A stretch of DNA of 64,000 nt from Acidobacteriota bacterium (GTDB lineage Bacteria > Acidobacteriota > UBA890 > WLXD01): positions 1,536,001-1,600,000 of the forward strand of contig CAXWPH010000015.1 of assembly GCA_963666055.2 (NCBI GenBank). Reading direction: 5' to 3'. A program made the position numbers and the translations under genes. Below, piece by piece: positions 1 to 9,536 of the stretch (position 1 is the first letter of the stretch; each line of letters opens with the position of its first letter). The notes below the pieces were generated by a model. The model was not told where the DNA came from, made no database searches, and worked only from the letters and a program-made list of their open reading frames with translations.

Positions 1-1290
1 TTAGCCCGAGTGGTCGGTGCCTACGCCTCGGTGCGCCACCAGTTCGGCATGTCGATCGGCAAGTTCGAGGGCATCCAAGAACCGCTGGCGCGGATCGGCG
101 GTATTGCCTATGTGCTGGAGGCGGCGCGTCGCTACACCAATGGGGCGCTAGACGCACATGCTCAACCCGCCGTGATTACGGCGATCGCCAAGTACAACTT
201 CACCGAGCTGGCGCGCCAGGCGGTGACCGACGGTATGGACATTCTCGGCGGTGCCGCGATCATGCAAGGACCGCGCAACCTGATCGCCAGCGGTTGGGCA
301 GGCGTTCCGGTCAGCATCACGGTAGAGGGTGCCAACATCCTCACCCGCACGCTGATCGTATTCGGCCAGGGCGCCATCCGATCCCATCCGTTTGCCTACC
401 TCGAGATCAAGGCGCTGGCGGCGAACGATCAGAGGGAGTTCGACGCGGCGTTCTGGGGCCACGTCGGCATGGTAGTGCGGAGCCTGTGCCGTGCCATCGT
501 CCTGGGGCTGACGCGCGGGCGCCTGGCCAGGTCACCTGTAGATGGGCCGGCGGCTCCCTACTACCGCAAGCTGGCATGGACGTCGGCGACCTTTGCCTTG
601 CTCGCCGATCTGGCGATGGTCACGATGGGCGGCCAGCTCAAGCGCAAAGGCGCGCTGACCGGCCGCTTCGCCGACGTGTTCTCGTGGATGTACCTGGGGA
701 GCGCTGTGCTGAGGCGCTTCGAAGCGGAGGGGCGTCGCCGCGAGGACTTGCCGCTGCTGCACTGGTCGATGATGGATGCGTTCGCACGGATTCAGGGTGC
801 GCTTGAGGGAATACTTCAGAACCTCGACGTGCCGCTTCTCGGCATGCTCCTGCGCGGCCCGGTGGCGGCGTTCGCACGCTGGAATCGCATCGGCCGGCGC
901 CCCGATGATCACCTCGCCGGCGAGGTCGCCCGTATTCTGCAGACGCCTGGCGCGCAGCGCGACGCTCTGACCGCCGGGATCTATATACCCGACGATGCCA
1001 GCCAAGGTCTCGGGCGCCTCGAGCATGCCTTCGGGCTGAGCTTTCAGGCCGAGGGTGTAACGCGGAAGATCAAGGCCGCCGTCCGCAAGCGCCAGTTGCC
1101 AGAGTCCGACCCCGCAACGCTGGTAGACAATGCGGTCAAGGCCGGTTTGATCACCGTGCAGGAGGCAGCGCTCGTCGCGGCCGCCGAAGCGGCGCGCGAC
1201 GACGCGATTCAGGTCGACTCGTTTACCAAGGACGAGTACATGGCGATCTCCGCCGGCGATGCTGTGACGGGCACGGTGGGCGTCAGCTAG
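1..1290 (+). CDS. fadE: Acyl-CoA dehydrogenase FadE-type, 5' end outside window
   Basis: RHQFGMSIGKFEGIQE, MDILGGAAIMQGPRN and ITVEGANILTR motifs plus a FadE-type C-terminal extension; frame open to position 1. Confidence 0.9.
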   Translation, partial: LARVVGAYASVRHQFGMSIGKFEGIQEPLARIGGIAYVLEAARRYTNGALDAHAQPAVITAIAKYNFTELARQAVTDGMDILGGAAIMQGPRNLIASGWAGVPVSITVEGANILTRTLIVFGQGAIRSHPFAYLEIKALAANDQREFDAAFWGHVGMVVRSLCRAIVLGLTRGRLARSPVDGPAAPYYRKLAWTSATFALLADLAMVTMGGQLKRKGALTGRFADVFSWMYLGSAVLRRFEAEGRRREDLPLLHWSMMDAFARIQGALEGILQNLDVPLLGMLLRGPVAAFARWNRIGRRPDDHLAGEVARILQTPGAQRDALTAGIYIPDDASQGLGRLEHAFGLSFQAEGVTRKIKAAVRKRQLPESDPATLVDNAVKAGLITVQEAALVAAAEAARDDAIQVDSFTKDEYMAISAGDAVTGTVGVS

Positions 1291-2576
1291 CGAACGATGG
1301 CTTGATAGACCATCGTCTGGAACTTCGCCTGCAGGTCGCTGTTGCCGGCGGGTATCAGCTGCGTCATGAGCACCGCCACGAGCTCCTCGGCGGGGTCGAC
1401 CCAGTAGGTCGTATGGTAGGCGCCTCCCCAGCTGTATGCGCCATCGCTCCCGTACTGTCCGGTGGTGCCGAGATCGAGCGTCACCCGGAATCCGAGGCCG
1501 AATCCCGCCCCTGCAGCCCAAGGAAAGCGATCTGCGACGTGATTGACGGTCATCAACTCGACCGTCTTCGGGCTCAGGAGACGCTCGCCGTCGAGCGCAC
1601 CGCCGGCCAGCAGCATCTGCAGGAAGCGCGCGTAGTCGCTGGCGGTCGATAGCAAACCGGCGCCACCCGAGAAACTCTTGCGCGGCCCGTCCACATAGGC
1701 GCCCTGGGCGATCATGCCGCCGACATCCGGCGACCGTTCGATGCCTCCCTCGGGCGTGGCCGCGTATACCGTCGCCAGTCGGTCGCGCTTCTCGACCGGC
1801 AGGTAGAAGTGGGTGTCGGTCATGCCGAGGGGGTCGAGGATCCTTTCCCGAAAGAACGAGTCGAGATCGGTGCCTGAGACGCGTTCGATCAGCGCTCCGA
1901 GAATGTCGCTCGAGTACCTATAGATCCACTCGTCGCCCGGATGAGCGTTGAACGGCAGGGCGGCCAAGCGATCTACCGTGACGCCGATGGGCTCGTCGTT
2001 GTCGGCGAAATACCATCCGTAGATCTCGGCCTCCTGGTAGGCGGCCACCGCCGCGCCGTCGCCGTACGAGATGCCGGCCGAGTGGGTAAGCAGATCGCGC
2101 ACCGTGATGGGCCGCTTCGACTCCACCACGTCGTAGCCGCCGTCGTCTCCGGCTACCGCAACCGTGGTGTCGGCAAACGCCGGTAGGTACTTACCCACGG
2201 GGTCGGAAAGCAGCATGCGCCCTTCCTCGACCAGCATCATTGCCGCCACACTGGTCACCGCCTTGGACTGCGAGGCGATCCTGAAGATCGAGTCGCGTCG
2301 CATCGGGGCACCGGCCTCGACGTCGCGCTGCCCGAACGCCTCGTGATACACGACCTTGCCGCCGCGCGTCAGCAACGCCACCATTCCGGCTAGCCTGCCC
2401 TCGTCCACGTAGCCTTGCAGGACATCGCTCAAGCGATCCAGGCGTGTGCTCGAAACGCCCACCGCCTCGGGTACGGCCACCGGAGTTTGTTGTGCGAGCG
2501 CCGTGCTCGAGAGCGCCAGAGCGCCAACCAGGGCGGCGAGAGCGAGGGGGCGACGAGCTGGAAAGGGCAGGTTCAT
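1287..2576 (-). CDS. Secreted serine hydrolase, beta-lactamase class C-like
   Basis: Signal peptide; FRIASQSK (SxxK), LLTHSAG, WGGAY. Confidence 0.9.
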   Translation of the reverse strand: MNLPFPARRPLALAALVGALALSSTALAQQTPVAVPEAVGVSSTRLDRLSDVLQGYVDEGRLAGMVALLTRGGKVVYHEAFGQRDVEAGAPMRRDSIFRIASQSKAVTSVAAMMLVEEGRMLLSDPVGKYLPAFADTTVAVAGDDGGYDVVESKRPITVRDLLTHSAGISYGDGAAVAAYQEAEIYGWYFADNDEPIGVTVDRLAALPFNAHPGDEWIYRYSSDILGALIERVSGTDLDSFFRERILDPLGMTDTHFYLPVEKRDRLATVYAATPEGGIERSPDVGGMIAQGAYVDGPRKSFSGGAGLLSTASDYARFLQMLLAGGALDGERLLSPKTVELMTVNHVADRFPWAAGAGFGLGFRVTLDLGTTGQYGSDGAYSWGGAYHTTYWVDPAEELVAVLMTQLIPAGNSDLQAKFQTMVYQAIVR

Positions 2577-2626
2577 CGGGTTCTCCTGGTCTCGACAGCG
2601 TCTCGGCAGGCTGCTGCCGCCGCAGG

Positions 2627-3085
2627 TTGTTTCGTCGCATCATGCCGCCCCACCCGGAGCGCCTGTCGTCGGGCGCCGCGGCGGTGAACGCGTTCGCAGT
2701 GGATCGCTGGGAAAGCCTGGGGGCCGTTCCGGTCGAGCAGGCGGTCGACGAAGTCGTTCGTTTCCTACGATCGAACGCCGGCGAGCGCATGATCCTGCTG
2801 ACCGCGTTCAACGTTTGGTTCGATGCCGCGTTCCTGGATCATCTATTCCGCGCCGCGAATCGCGATTGGCGTGAGATGCAGAACGAAGGCCTGGTGTCGT
2901 ACCACCTGCTCGACCTACCTTCGATGGCCTGGTCGATGGGCTACCGTCAGGTCTACGGAGTCGGTTTGCCGGCCGCCCTGGGCATCGAGCGCGAGGTCGA
3001 TGAGCCCCTGCTGCATACTGGTCTGACCGGCGCCGAGTTCAACCTGCTCATGTACCGTCGACTGCTCCAGCTGGCGGGCGAATGA
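2627..3085 (+). pseudogene. 5'-truncated DEDD-type 3'-5' exonuclease-like gene
   Basis: AFNVWFDAAFL (ExoII-like), LLDLPS and a late His motif are present. No ExoI DxETTG motif; the frame runs into the divergent gene start. Confidence 0.5.
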
Positions 3086-3140
3086 GCGGCGGTCTAGTTT
3101 CCGCACGGGACATGGGCGGCTTCGGCGGGGAGGTTTTCGA

Positions 3141-3848
3141 ATGAAAGATTGGCGAGTACTTTTACTTCTGGTCTGTTTTGTCGGGGTGGGATGCCAGCAG
3201 GTGGCGGATCCCTCATCGACGCTTTCCCCGACCGGCTCCGACGTCGCGCTCGACACGGCACAACAGCGCGGCAGCTATGCGCAGGGCTGGGGCGTCGGCA
3301 GACAGGGAAGCTCGATGCCGCTCGATAACGAGGCCTTCATTGCCGGCATGCGCGATGCTCTCTCCGGGGCCGAGAGCCGTCTGACCGACGCCGAGATGCA
3401 GCAGGCGATGGTGGATTTCAACGCCTTTGTCACCGAAGCACGGACGGGGTCGGCTGCCGAGAACCGCGCCGCTGGGGCGGCGTTTCTGGAGCAGAACGCC
3501 CAGCGCGAGGGCGTGCGTGTCACCGACAGCGGTCTGCAGTACGAGGTTGTATTCGAGGGCGACGGGGCGCGGCCGAAAGAGACCGACGTGGTCAAGGTGC
3601 TCTATCGCGGCACGCGCATCGACGGCGAAGTGTTCGACGAGACCGACCCTGCGCGCCCGGCGCAGTTCTCCGTGAACCAGGTGATCGCCGGGTGGACCGA
3701 GGGGCTGCAGCTGATGTCGCTGGGCGCCAAGTACAAGCTCTATATCCCGGCCGACCTGGCGTATGGCGACAGTCCGCGCCCGGGCGTGATTCAACCGGGT
3801 GACACGCTGGTCTTCGACGTCGAGATCGTCGAGTTGCTACAGCGCTGA
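3141..3848 (+). CDS. FKBP-type peptidyl-prolyl isomerase (FkpA/Mip-like lipoprotein)
   Basis: Lipobox VGC; SGLQY, VIAGWTEGLQLM, YIPADLAYG, TLVFDVE. Confidence 0.95.
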   Translation: MKDWRVLLLLVCFVGVGCQQVADPSSTLSPTGSDVALDTAQQRGSYAQGWGVGRQGSSMPLDNEAFIAGMRDALSGAESRLTDAEMQQAMVDFNAFVTEARTGSAAENRAAGAAFLEQNAQREGVRVTDSGLQYEVVFEGDGARPKETDVVKVLYRGTRIDGEVFDETDPARPAQFSVNQVIAGWTEGLQLMSLGAKYKLYIPADLAYGDSPRPGVIQPGDTLVFDVEIVELLQR

Positions 3849-3883
3849 CCACGCCCTGCCAGCCGAGCTTGCCGGCGCCCTGC

Positions 3884-5737
3884 TCAGCTCGCCACAGACT
3901 CCGAGATGCAGGCCAAAAACGTCTCGCCGAGGTCTGCGAGCTTCTTCTCGCCGACGCCGTGCACCTGCAGGAACTGCTCCGGGCTGGCCGGCTTCTTGCG
4001 TGCCATGTCGCGTAGGCTGGCGTCGCTGAAGATCACGTACGGAGGGACGTTGCGCGCCCGTGCCAAGCGGGTGCGCAGGGCGCGCAGATCTTCGAACAGC
4101 TCGCGGTCGACGCCCTCCCAAGACGCCGCCTCACCACGCGTTGTGCGTACCCGGCGCGTCCTGACGGGCACCAGCTGAACCTGCTGTTCGCCGCGTAGCA
4201 CCCGCATCGAGGTCTCGTTGAGCAGCAGCACCGGGTACTCGCCGTCGCTGCGATCGAGCACGCGTTGGTCGAGGAGCTGGAAAGTCAGATTCATGAGCTC
4301 CGTGCGTGTGCGATCGGCGATCAGGCCATAGGTGCTCAGCGCATCGTGTCCGAGCGACCGAATCCGCTCGGTATCGGCACCGCGAAGCACATCGGCCACG
4401 TGGCCGATGCCATACGATTGGCCCACACGCGCAACGCACGACAGCACCATCTGAGCCTCCTTGGTACCGTCGACGAGGCCCTCGGTTTCGCCGAGGCACA
4501 CGTCGCAGGCGCCGCAGCCGTCGTCGGCTGGCGGCTCGTAGCGCTGCCCGAAGTATTCGGTGAGCGACCGGTGTCGACACGTTCCGGGGGCACAGAACCG
4601 CCGCATCTCGTCGAGCAGGCCGAGTGAGGCCTGTAGCCCTTCGCGCCTGCCGCCGTCGTCGGCATCGCTGCGCTCCAGAACTGTTCGCCAGCGGAGTGCA
4701 TCGGCTGGCGAATGCAATAGCACGCATTCCGCCGTCAGCCCATCGCGGCCGGCGCGACCGGTCTCCTGCTGGTAGTGCTCCACCGACTTCGGCATGGCGG
4801 CGTGGATGACGCAGCGGACGTCGCTGCGGTCGATGCCCATGCCGAAGGCTACGGTGGCGACGATGACGTCGATCTCTTCGGTAGCGAACGCATCTTGCGT
4901 TCGGCTGCGCTCGCTCGCTTCGAGGCCAGCGTGATAGTAGGCGGCTCGATGACCCTGTGCCTGGAGGCCCTCGGCCAGCCGCTCGGTGTCCTTGCGGCTG
5001 ATGCAGTAGACGATTATTGCCTCGTTGGGGTGACGCTGGAGGATTTCGAGGACCTGGGCGCGCAGCTCTAGGCGCGGTACCACCCGGTAGATCAGATTGG
5101 GACGGTCGAAGCTGCCGACCAGAATCGTCGGCGACTCCAGTCCAAGCTGCTCGACGATATCGGCACGCACGCGCTCTGTGGCAGTAGCGGTGTAGGCATG
5201 CAGGCTGGCGCCCGGAATACGCTCTTTCAGTACCGCCAGCTGCCGGTACTCCGGCCGGAAATCATGACCCCAGTGGCTGATGCAGTGGGCTTCGTCGACC
5301 GCGAAGGTTCTGATCTGTAGCTGCTCGACGGTTTCCAGGAACCACGAGCTAACCAGGCGCTCCGGCGACACGAACACCAGTCGACAATCGCCGGATGCGA
5401 TGAAACGTTGCGCCTCGGCGCGCTCGGCCGGATCCTGGGCGCTGTGCAGGCTGGCGGCCGGATAGCCGTTGGCGCGCAACCCGTCGACCTGGTCCTTCAT
5501 CAAGGAGATCAACGGCGAAACCACGATGTCGGTGCGACCGGCCAGCAGCGGGGGCACCTGGTAGCACAATGACTTGCCGCCGCCGGTAGGCAAGACGACC
5601 AGCGAATCGTGTCGATCGAGCTCGGCGCGAATCGCATCCTGTTGCAATGGCCGCAGGGAGTCGAAGCCCCAGTAACGGCGCACCACACCGGCGATGTCAT
5701 CCGTGCCGCTACCGATATCGAAGGGAAGCACGGTCAT
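3884..5737 (-). CDS. recQ: ATP-dependent DNA helicase RecQ
   Basis: LPTGGGKSLCYQ, DEAHCISHWGHDFRPEY, QETGRAGRDG, Zn-binding Cys, RQC and HRDC (PPYVIFSD) domains. Confidence 0.96.
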   Translation of the reverse strand: MTVLPFDIGSGTDDIAGVVRRYWGFDSLRPLQQDAIRAELDRHDSLVVLPTGGGKSLCYQVPPLLAGRTDIVVSPLISLMKDQVDGLRANGYPAASLHSAQDPAERAEAQRFIASGDCRLVFVSPERLVSSWFLETVEQLQIRTFAVDEAHCISHWGHDFRPEYRQLAVLKERIPGASLHAYTATATERVRADIVEQLGLESPTILVGSFDRPNLIYRVVPRLELRAQVLEILQRHPNEAIIVYCISRKDTERLAEGLQAQGHRAAYYHAGLEASERSRTQDAFATEEIDVIVATVAFGMGIDRSDVRCVIHAAMPKSVEHYQQETGRAGRDGLTAECVLLHSPADALRWRTVLERSDADDGGRREGLQASLGLLDEMRRFCAPGTCRHRSLTEYFGQRYEPPADDGCGACDVCLGETEGLVDGTKEAQMVLSCVARVGQSYGIGHVADVLRGADTERIRSLGHDALSTYGLIADRTRTELMNLTFQLLDQRVLDRSDGEYPVLLLNETSMRVLRGEQQVQLVPVRTRRVRTTRGEAASWEGVDRELFEDLRALRTRLARARNVPPYVIFSDASLRDMARKKPASPEQFLQVHGVGEKKLADLGETFLACISESVAS

Positions 5738-5887
5738 CGGAGACGGTCATTCATGCAGAGAGCCCACCACAGTTGCCGGGCCGCCCCCCGGCGGCAGCGA
5801 CTAACCATAGCCCGTCGAACCGGTCAGCGTGACAGCCGTTGGTGAATGTTGCGCTGGCGAATTTGCTGACCCAGGCCGCAGCCGATG

Positions 5888-5977
5888 CTAGCAGGCCGTG
5901 ATGGAGATGTGGCGGGTCTGGCGACAAGGTCTCGCGAGGCGCAGGCAAGGAGAAAGGAGGAGGCGATGGTTACTCCA
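5888..5977 (+). mobile_element. Left ~90 bp of CTAG-bounded MITE-like element
   Basis: CTAGCAGGCCGTGATGGAGATGTGGC...GATGGTTACTCCA aligns with 57799 onward and with the reverse complement of 29547-29636. Confidence 0.85.
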
Positions 5978-6137
5978 CTGCGGCCGCCGAGGAGAAGGTC
6001 AACGGATTCGCCGAGTGGCGTCGTTCCGCGGTCGCTGGGTGTCCGCGAAAGCGTCGATATATCGTCGAATCCGAGACTCTCGGCTGCCGAAGTGTCTGGA
6101 TAACGCCGATTCCGGGGAGAATCAGCCGTGTGCGCGG

Positions 6138-6154
6138 TCGGCACTGATCTTGCA
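6138..6154 (+). promoter_or_regulatory. Putative sigma54 (-24/-12) promoter
   Basis: TCGGCACTGATCTTGCA: GG(6140)-N10-GC(6152) matching TGGCAC-N5-TTGCA; about 50 nt upstream of the RBS and TTG start. Confidence 0.6.
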
Positions 6155-6204
6155 TCGACAGTTTGACGGGTTCCCCGCAATCCCCTCCGCCGGGAGGAAG
6201 ACCA

Positions 6205-6579
6205 TTGTCAAAGGGCCGAGTTACCACCGTGCTCGGTGTCGCCCTCGCGGTCGGCACACTTGCCTTCGCGGCTGGCTGTGCCAGTCACTACGGTCGCTAC
6301 GGAGTGTCCTACGGGCACTCGGCGCCGGGTTGGCACTACGGATCGTCGTTCAACGTTGGCGGGCTGGGATTCCAGGTGCTGTACAGCAACTACGGACCTC
6401 GGCGCGGCCACTATTTCCGCTCCGCGCGGTTTGGGTCCTCGCGCTACTGCGGTCGGTACTGCTACCGAGATCGCGGCCACTACTACCATCACTCGGGCTG
6501 CGGACACTTCGGCCGCTACGTGGCGGGCTACGGCTACAACGTCGGCTCGTTGTTGCGCCACTACGGGCCACAGTACTGA
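6205..6579 (+). CDS. Small Gly/Tyr/His/Arg-rich putative lipoprotein
   Basis: GGGAGG RBS, in-frame TTG at 6205, hydrophobic leader ending FAAG-C; mature part rich in YG/HY with YCGRYC. Confidence 0.7.
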   Translation: MSKGRVTTVLGVALAVGTLAFAAGCASHYGRYGVSYGHSAPGWHYGSSFNVGGLGFQVLYSNYGPRRGHYFRSARFGSSRYCGRYCYRDRGHYYHHSGCGHFGRYVAGYGYNVGSLLRHYGPQY

Positions 6580-6588
6580 CTCGCGTCA

Positions 6589-6614
6589 GCCACACTTCCA
6601 CCACGGCCTGCTAG
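6589..6614. repeat. Right terminal repeat of MITE family, overlapping stop of TPP-enzyme gene
   Basis: GCCACACTTCCACCACGGCCTGCTAG; inverted match to 5888-5913 with 3 mismatches in 26. Confidence 0.85.
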
Positions 6615-9226
6615 GTGAGCATCGGATCGGCGATGATCTCGACGATCGCCGCGACGTCCGAGGCCAGCGCCTCCTCGAGAGCTTGTGGCAGCTGCTCAGC
6701 TCGTTCTACGCGTGCGCCGAAGCCGCCGCAGAGTCCGGCGAAGTCGGCGAAGCTCGGGTTGTGCAGTGACGTCTGCCAGACTTTCCACTCGCCGTCGCGC
6801 TGCTCCTTGGAGATCTTGCCGAGCTCGCTATTGTTGAGCAGCACGTGGACGATGTTCATTCCGTACTTCACCGCGGTGGTGAAGTCGGCGAGGTACTGAC
6901 CGAAACCACCGTCGCCGCTCACCGATACGACGCGGCGCTTACCGTTGACCGCCGCCCAGGCTCCCATCGCAGCGGGGAAGGCGAAACCGATCGATCCCAG
7001 GTAGCCCGACATGACCACGGTGTGCTCCGCACACTCGAAGTAGCGCCCGAACGAGTAGGTGTTGTTGCCCACGTCGACGGCGATCACGGCGTTGCTCGGA
7101 ATGGCGGCGGCAAGCTCGCGGAATACCAATGCCGAGTTGATTCCTTCGCCGTTGTCGACCGCCTCGCGCGACGACTTCTCGTGCCGCCAATCGGCCCAGC
7201 GAACGGCGAGCTCAGGGCGCTGATCGACGCATGCACGGGTCTCGGGCAGGCGGTCGCGCAACAGCCTGGCGGTGATGCCGATGTCGCCCCAGATCGGCTC
7301 GTCGACAGCGTGGAACTTTCCCAGCGCCATGCGGTCGAAGTCGACCTGGATGATCGGCTTGCGGTGATCGATTCCGGTGTGGTGCGCGAAGGAAGCACCG
7401 AACACGATGAGCAGGTCGGACTCGTTCATGAACCAGCTCGCCACCGGCGTGCCGCTGCGGCCGAGCACCCCACCGCCGAGCTCGTGGACGTCCGAGATCA
7501 GCCCCTTGGCCTTGAACGTCGTGATGATCGGGCAGCTGAGCGCCTCGGCGAGCGCGATCACCTCGGGCATGCCGTCACGGGCACCGTTGCCGACAATGAT
7601 CACCGGGCGTTTGGCGCGCGGGATCCGGTACATGGCGCTATTGATGATCGCCTCGGGCGGGGTGATCGCGGTGGGTCCGATACGTCCGTACGGGCGTCCC
7701 GGGGCCTGCTCGCCGGCATCGAGCACCTGAACCTCATCGGGCAGGATGAGGTGGGCGACGTCGCGCTCCACACACGCGGTCTTGAGCGCCAGCGACGTCA
7801 GCTCGGCATGGTCGCTTCCCGGCAGCACCGTCTGACTGAATCTGGTGACCGCGTCGAACGCGCTTGCCAGGTCGATGTCCTGGAATGCGCCCGGGCCCAT
7901 TACCTGAGTATTGACCTGGCCGGTGAGTGCGAGCACCGGGGCGCGATCGACCTTGGCATCCCACAGCCCGGTGAGCAGGTTGGTGGCTCCGGGCCCGGCG
8001 ATCGACAGGCACGCGGCGGGGCGTCCACTGACTTTGGCGTAGCCCGAGCAGGCGAAGGCGGCGGCACCTTCGTGGCGCACCCCGAAGTAGCGAATGTTGC
8101 CGCGCGCCTCCTGTACACGATGTGCTTCGGACATGCCGAGGTTGGAGTGCCCGACCATGCCGAACACCGTGTCGATGCCCCACTCGACCATGGTCTCGGC
8201 GATCACGTGGCAGACGGTCCACGGAGAATGCTTCGGCGGCGGCGCCGCGATCTCCACCACGTTGCCTTGCTCACGAATCTCGATGGTGTCGGCAGCGAAC
8301 TCGTTGCCCACGCCGCGGCCGGTGGCGAGAGCGAAATCGTAGCCGTGCCAGGGACAGCGCAGGGCGCCGTCGCAGATCGTTCCCTCGGTCAGCGGCCCTC
8401 CCTGATGCGGGCATTTTCCGTCCATGGCGAAGAGGCCGTCTTCGGTGCGCACCACCGCCACCTGCCGCTCGCCCACGGCCACGGCGCGCACCTGGCCGGC
8501 TGGGAAGTCGTCGGCGTTGCCCACCGCGATCCAGGCCGCCTCGGCAGTCCCCTCGCCGCCACGCGCCGCCGCCGAGATCGTGCCGCCCTCGGTGTCCTTG
8601 AACCCGGCGTACCAGTGGGCGCCATCGCAAAAGGGCTTGTTGAGCGACTGGCCGCAGCGACAGAGGGCGTAATGATCTTCCACGGCCCCCTCGCCGAACT
8701 CGACGTCGGCTAACTCGACGCCGCCACGCACATAATAGGGCCCGTCGCGCGACACCTGGATGGACGGCTCGTCGTGCCAATCGGTGATCGCCTTGTCGTT
8801 CTCCTCCCACGCGAGCGCCCCGGAAGGGCACGTGCGAATCGTCGCCTTGATCTCTTCGCTCGGTCCACCGTCCGGATCGATCCAGGGATCCACGCCGGTG
8901 CGCCACACCGACGGCATGTCGTTGGAGCAGTAGCCGGCGTGCGAGCAGTGACCGCGGTTGTCGTGAATGGTGATGTCCTTCCCCTCGTAGCGATCGAGGG
9001 CGTCGGGTGTTCGATCGTCCGCCTTGTCGTCGGTGAAGCCGATGCGCTTGTGGGTGCCGTCACAGTACGGCTTGCGCTTCGACGCGCCACAGCGACAGAG
9101 CGACATCGCGCCCTTGGCGGGCACTGCTTCGCCGCGTGAGTTGCGGAAGTCGCGCACCCCGCTGACCTTGATCGGCCCGTCTTTGATCAGCTTGATGAGG
9201 GGGCGCTCGCTAGTGCTGTCGGTCAT
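6611..9226 (-). CDS. Multidomain fusion: CDGSH - ferredoxin-like - CDGSH - Rieske - TPP-dependent (pyruvate oxidase/acetolactate synthase-like) enzyme
   Basis: CRCGASKRKPYCDGTH; CSHAGYC...CPSGAL; CRCGQSLNKPFCDGAH; CPHQ...CPWHG; VRHEGAAAF; GDGGFGQ...LLNN. Confidence 0.9.
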   Translation of the reverse strand: MTDSTSERPLIKLIKDGPIKVSGVRDFRNSRGEAVPAKGAMSLCRCGASKRKPYCDGTHKRIGFTDDKADDRTPDALDRYEGKDITIHDNRGHCSHAGYCSNDMPSVWRTGVDPWIDPDGGPSEEIKATIRTCPSGALAWEENDKAITDWHDEPSIQVSRDGPYYVRGGVELADVEFGEGAVEDHYALCRCGQSLNKPFCDGAHWYAGFKDTEGGTISAAARGGEGTAEAAWIAVGNADDFPAGQVRAVAVGERQVAVVRTEDGLFAMDGKCPHQGGPLTEGTICDGALRCPWHGYDFALATGRGVGNEFAADTIEIREQGNVVEIAAPPPKHSPWTVCHVIAETMVEWGIDTVFGMVGHSNLGMSEAHRVQEARGNIRYFGVRHEGAAAFACSGYAKVSGRPAACLSIAGPGATNLLTGLWDAKVDRAPVLALTGQVNTQVMGPGAFQDIDLASAFDAVTRFSQTVLPGSDHAELTSLALKTACVERDVAHLILPDEVQVLDAGEQAPGRPYGRIGPTAITPPEAIINSAMYRIPRAKRPVIIVGNGARDGMPEVIALAEALSCPIITTFKAKGLISDVHELGGGVLGRSGTPVASWFMNESDLLIVFGASFAHHTGIDHRKPIIQVDFDRMALGKFHAVDEPIWGDIGITARLLRDRLPETRACVDQRPELAVRWADWRHEKSSREAVDNGEGINSALVFRELAAAIPSNAVIAVDVGNNTYSFGRYFECAEHTVVMSGYLGSIGFAFPAAMGAWAAVNGKRRVVSVSGDGGFGQYLADFTTAVKYGMNIVHVLLNNSELGKISKEQRDGEWKVWQTSLHNPSFADFAGLCGGFGARVERAEQLPQALEEALASDVAAIVEIIADPMLT

Positions 9227-9444
9227 GGTTGTCCTCCGGTGGCGAGCAACGGTAGCACGAGGTCGATTTGGCCTGCGGTGAGGCGATCCCGCACCATCCG
9301 GCCGCTGACAACGCCGATCGGCTACACCCGGAGGCCACCGATTCGTCGGCCTGCTAGGGTCGCAGCCGGGCGAAATCGTCGCCTACCACCACTCCTGTCG
9401 TGTTGGTCCAGAACAGCACCGAGAAATTCCCCTGGAAGGCGCCG

Positions 9445-9461
9445 TCGGCGCGAAGCTTGCA
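9445..9461 (+). promoter_or_regulatory. Putative sigma54 promoter
   Basis: TCGGCGCGAAGCTTGCA with GG(9447)-N10-GC(9459), upstream of the M48 peptidase gene. Confidence 0.45.
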
Positions 9462-9536
9462 GCCTGATCTATGGTCGCGGCACCCGGAGATGTTAGTTTC
9501 AGAGGCAACAAGCCCCTGAGCTTTCGGAGCCGGATC

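Noticed and set aside
6845-8713. Long antisense or alternative-frame ORFs (e.g. 6845-8713, 23646-25184, 37575-38735, 40133-41317, 56087-57307)
   Set aside because: Shadows of real genes in high-GC DNA, with no motifs and skewed composition.
9348-9357. GGCCTGCTAG matching the MITE tip
   Set aside because: Only 10 bp with no further TIR similarity; may be chance.
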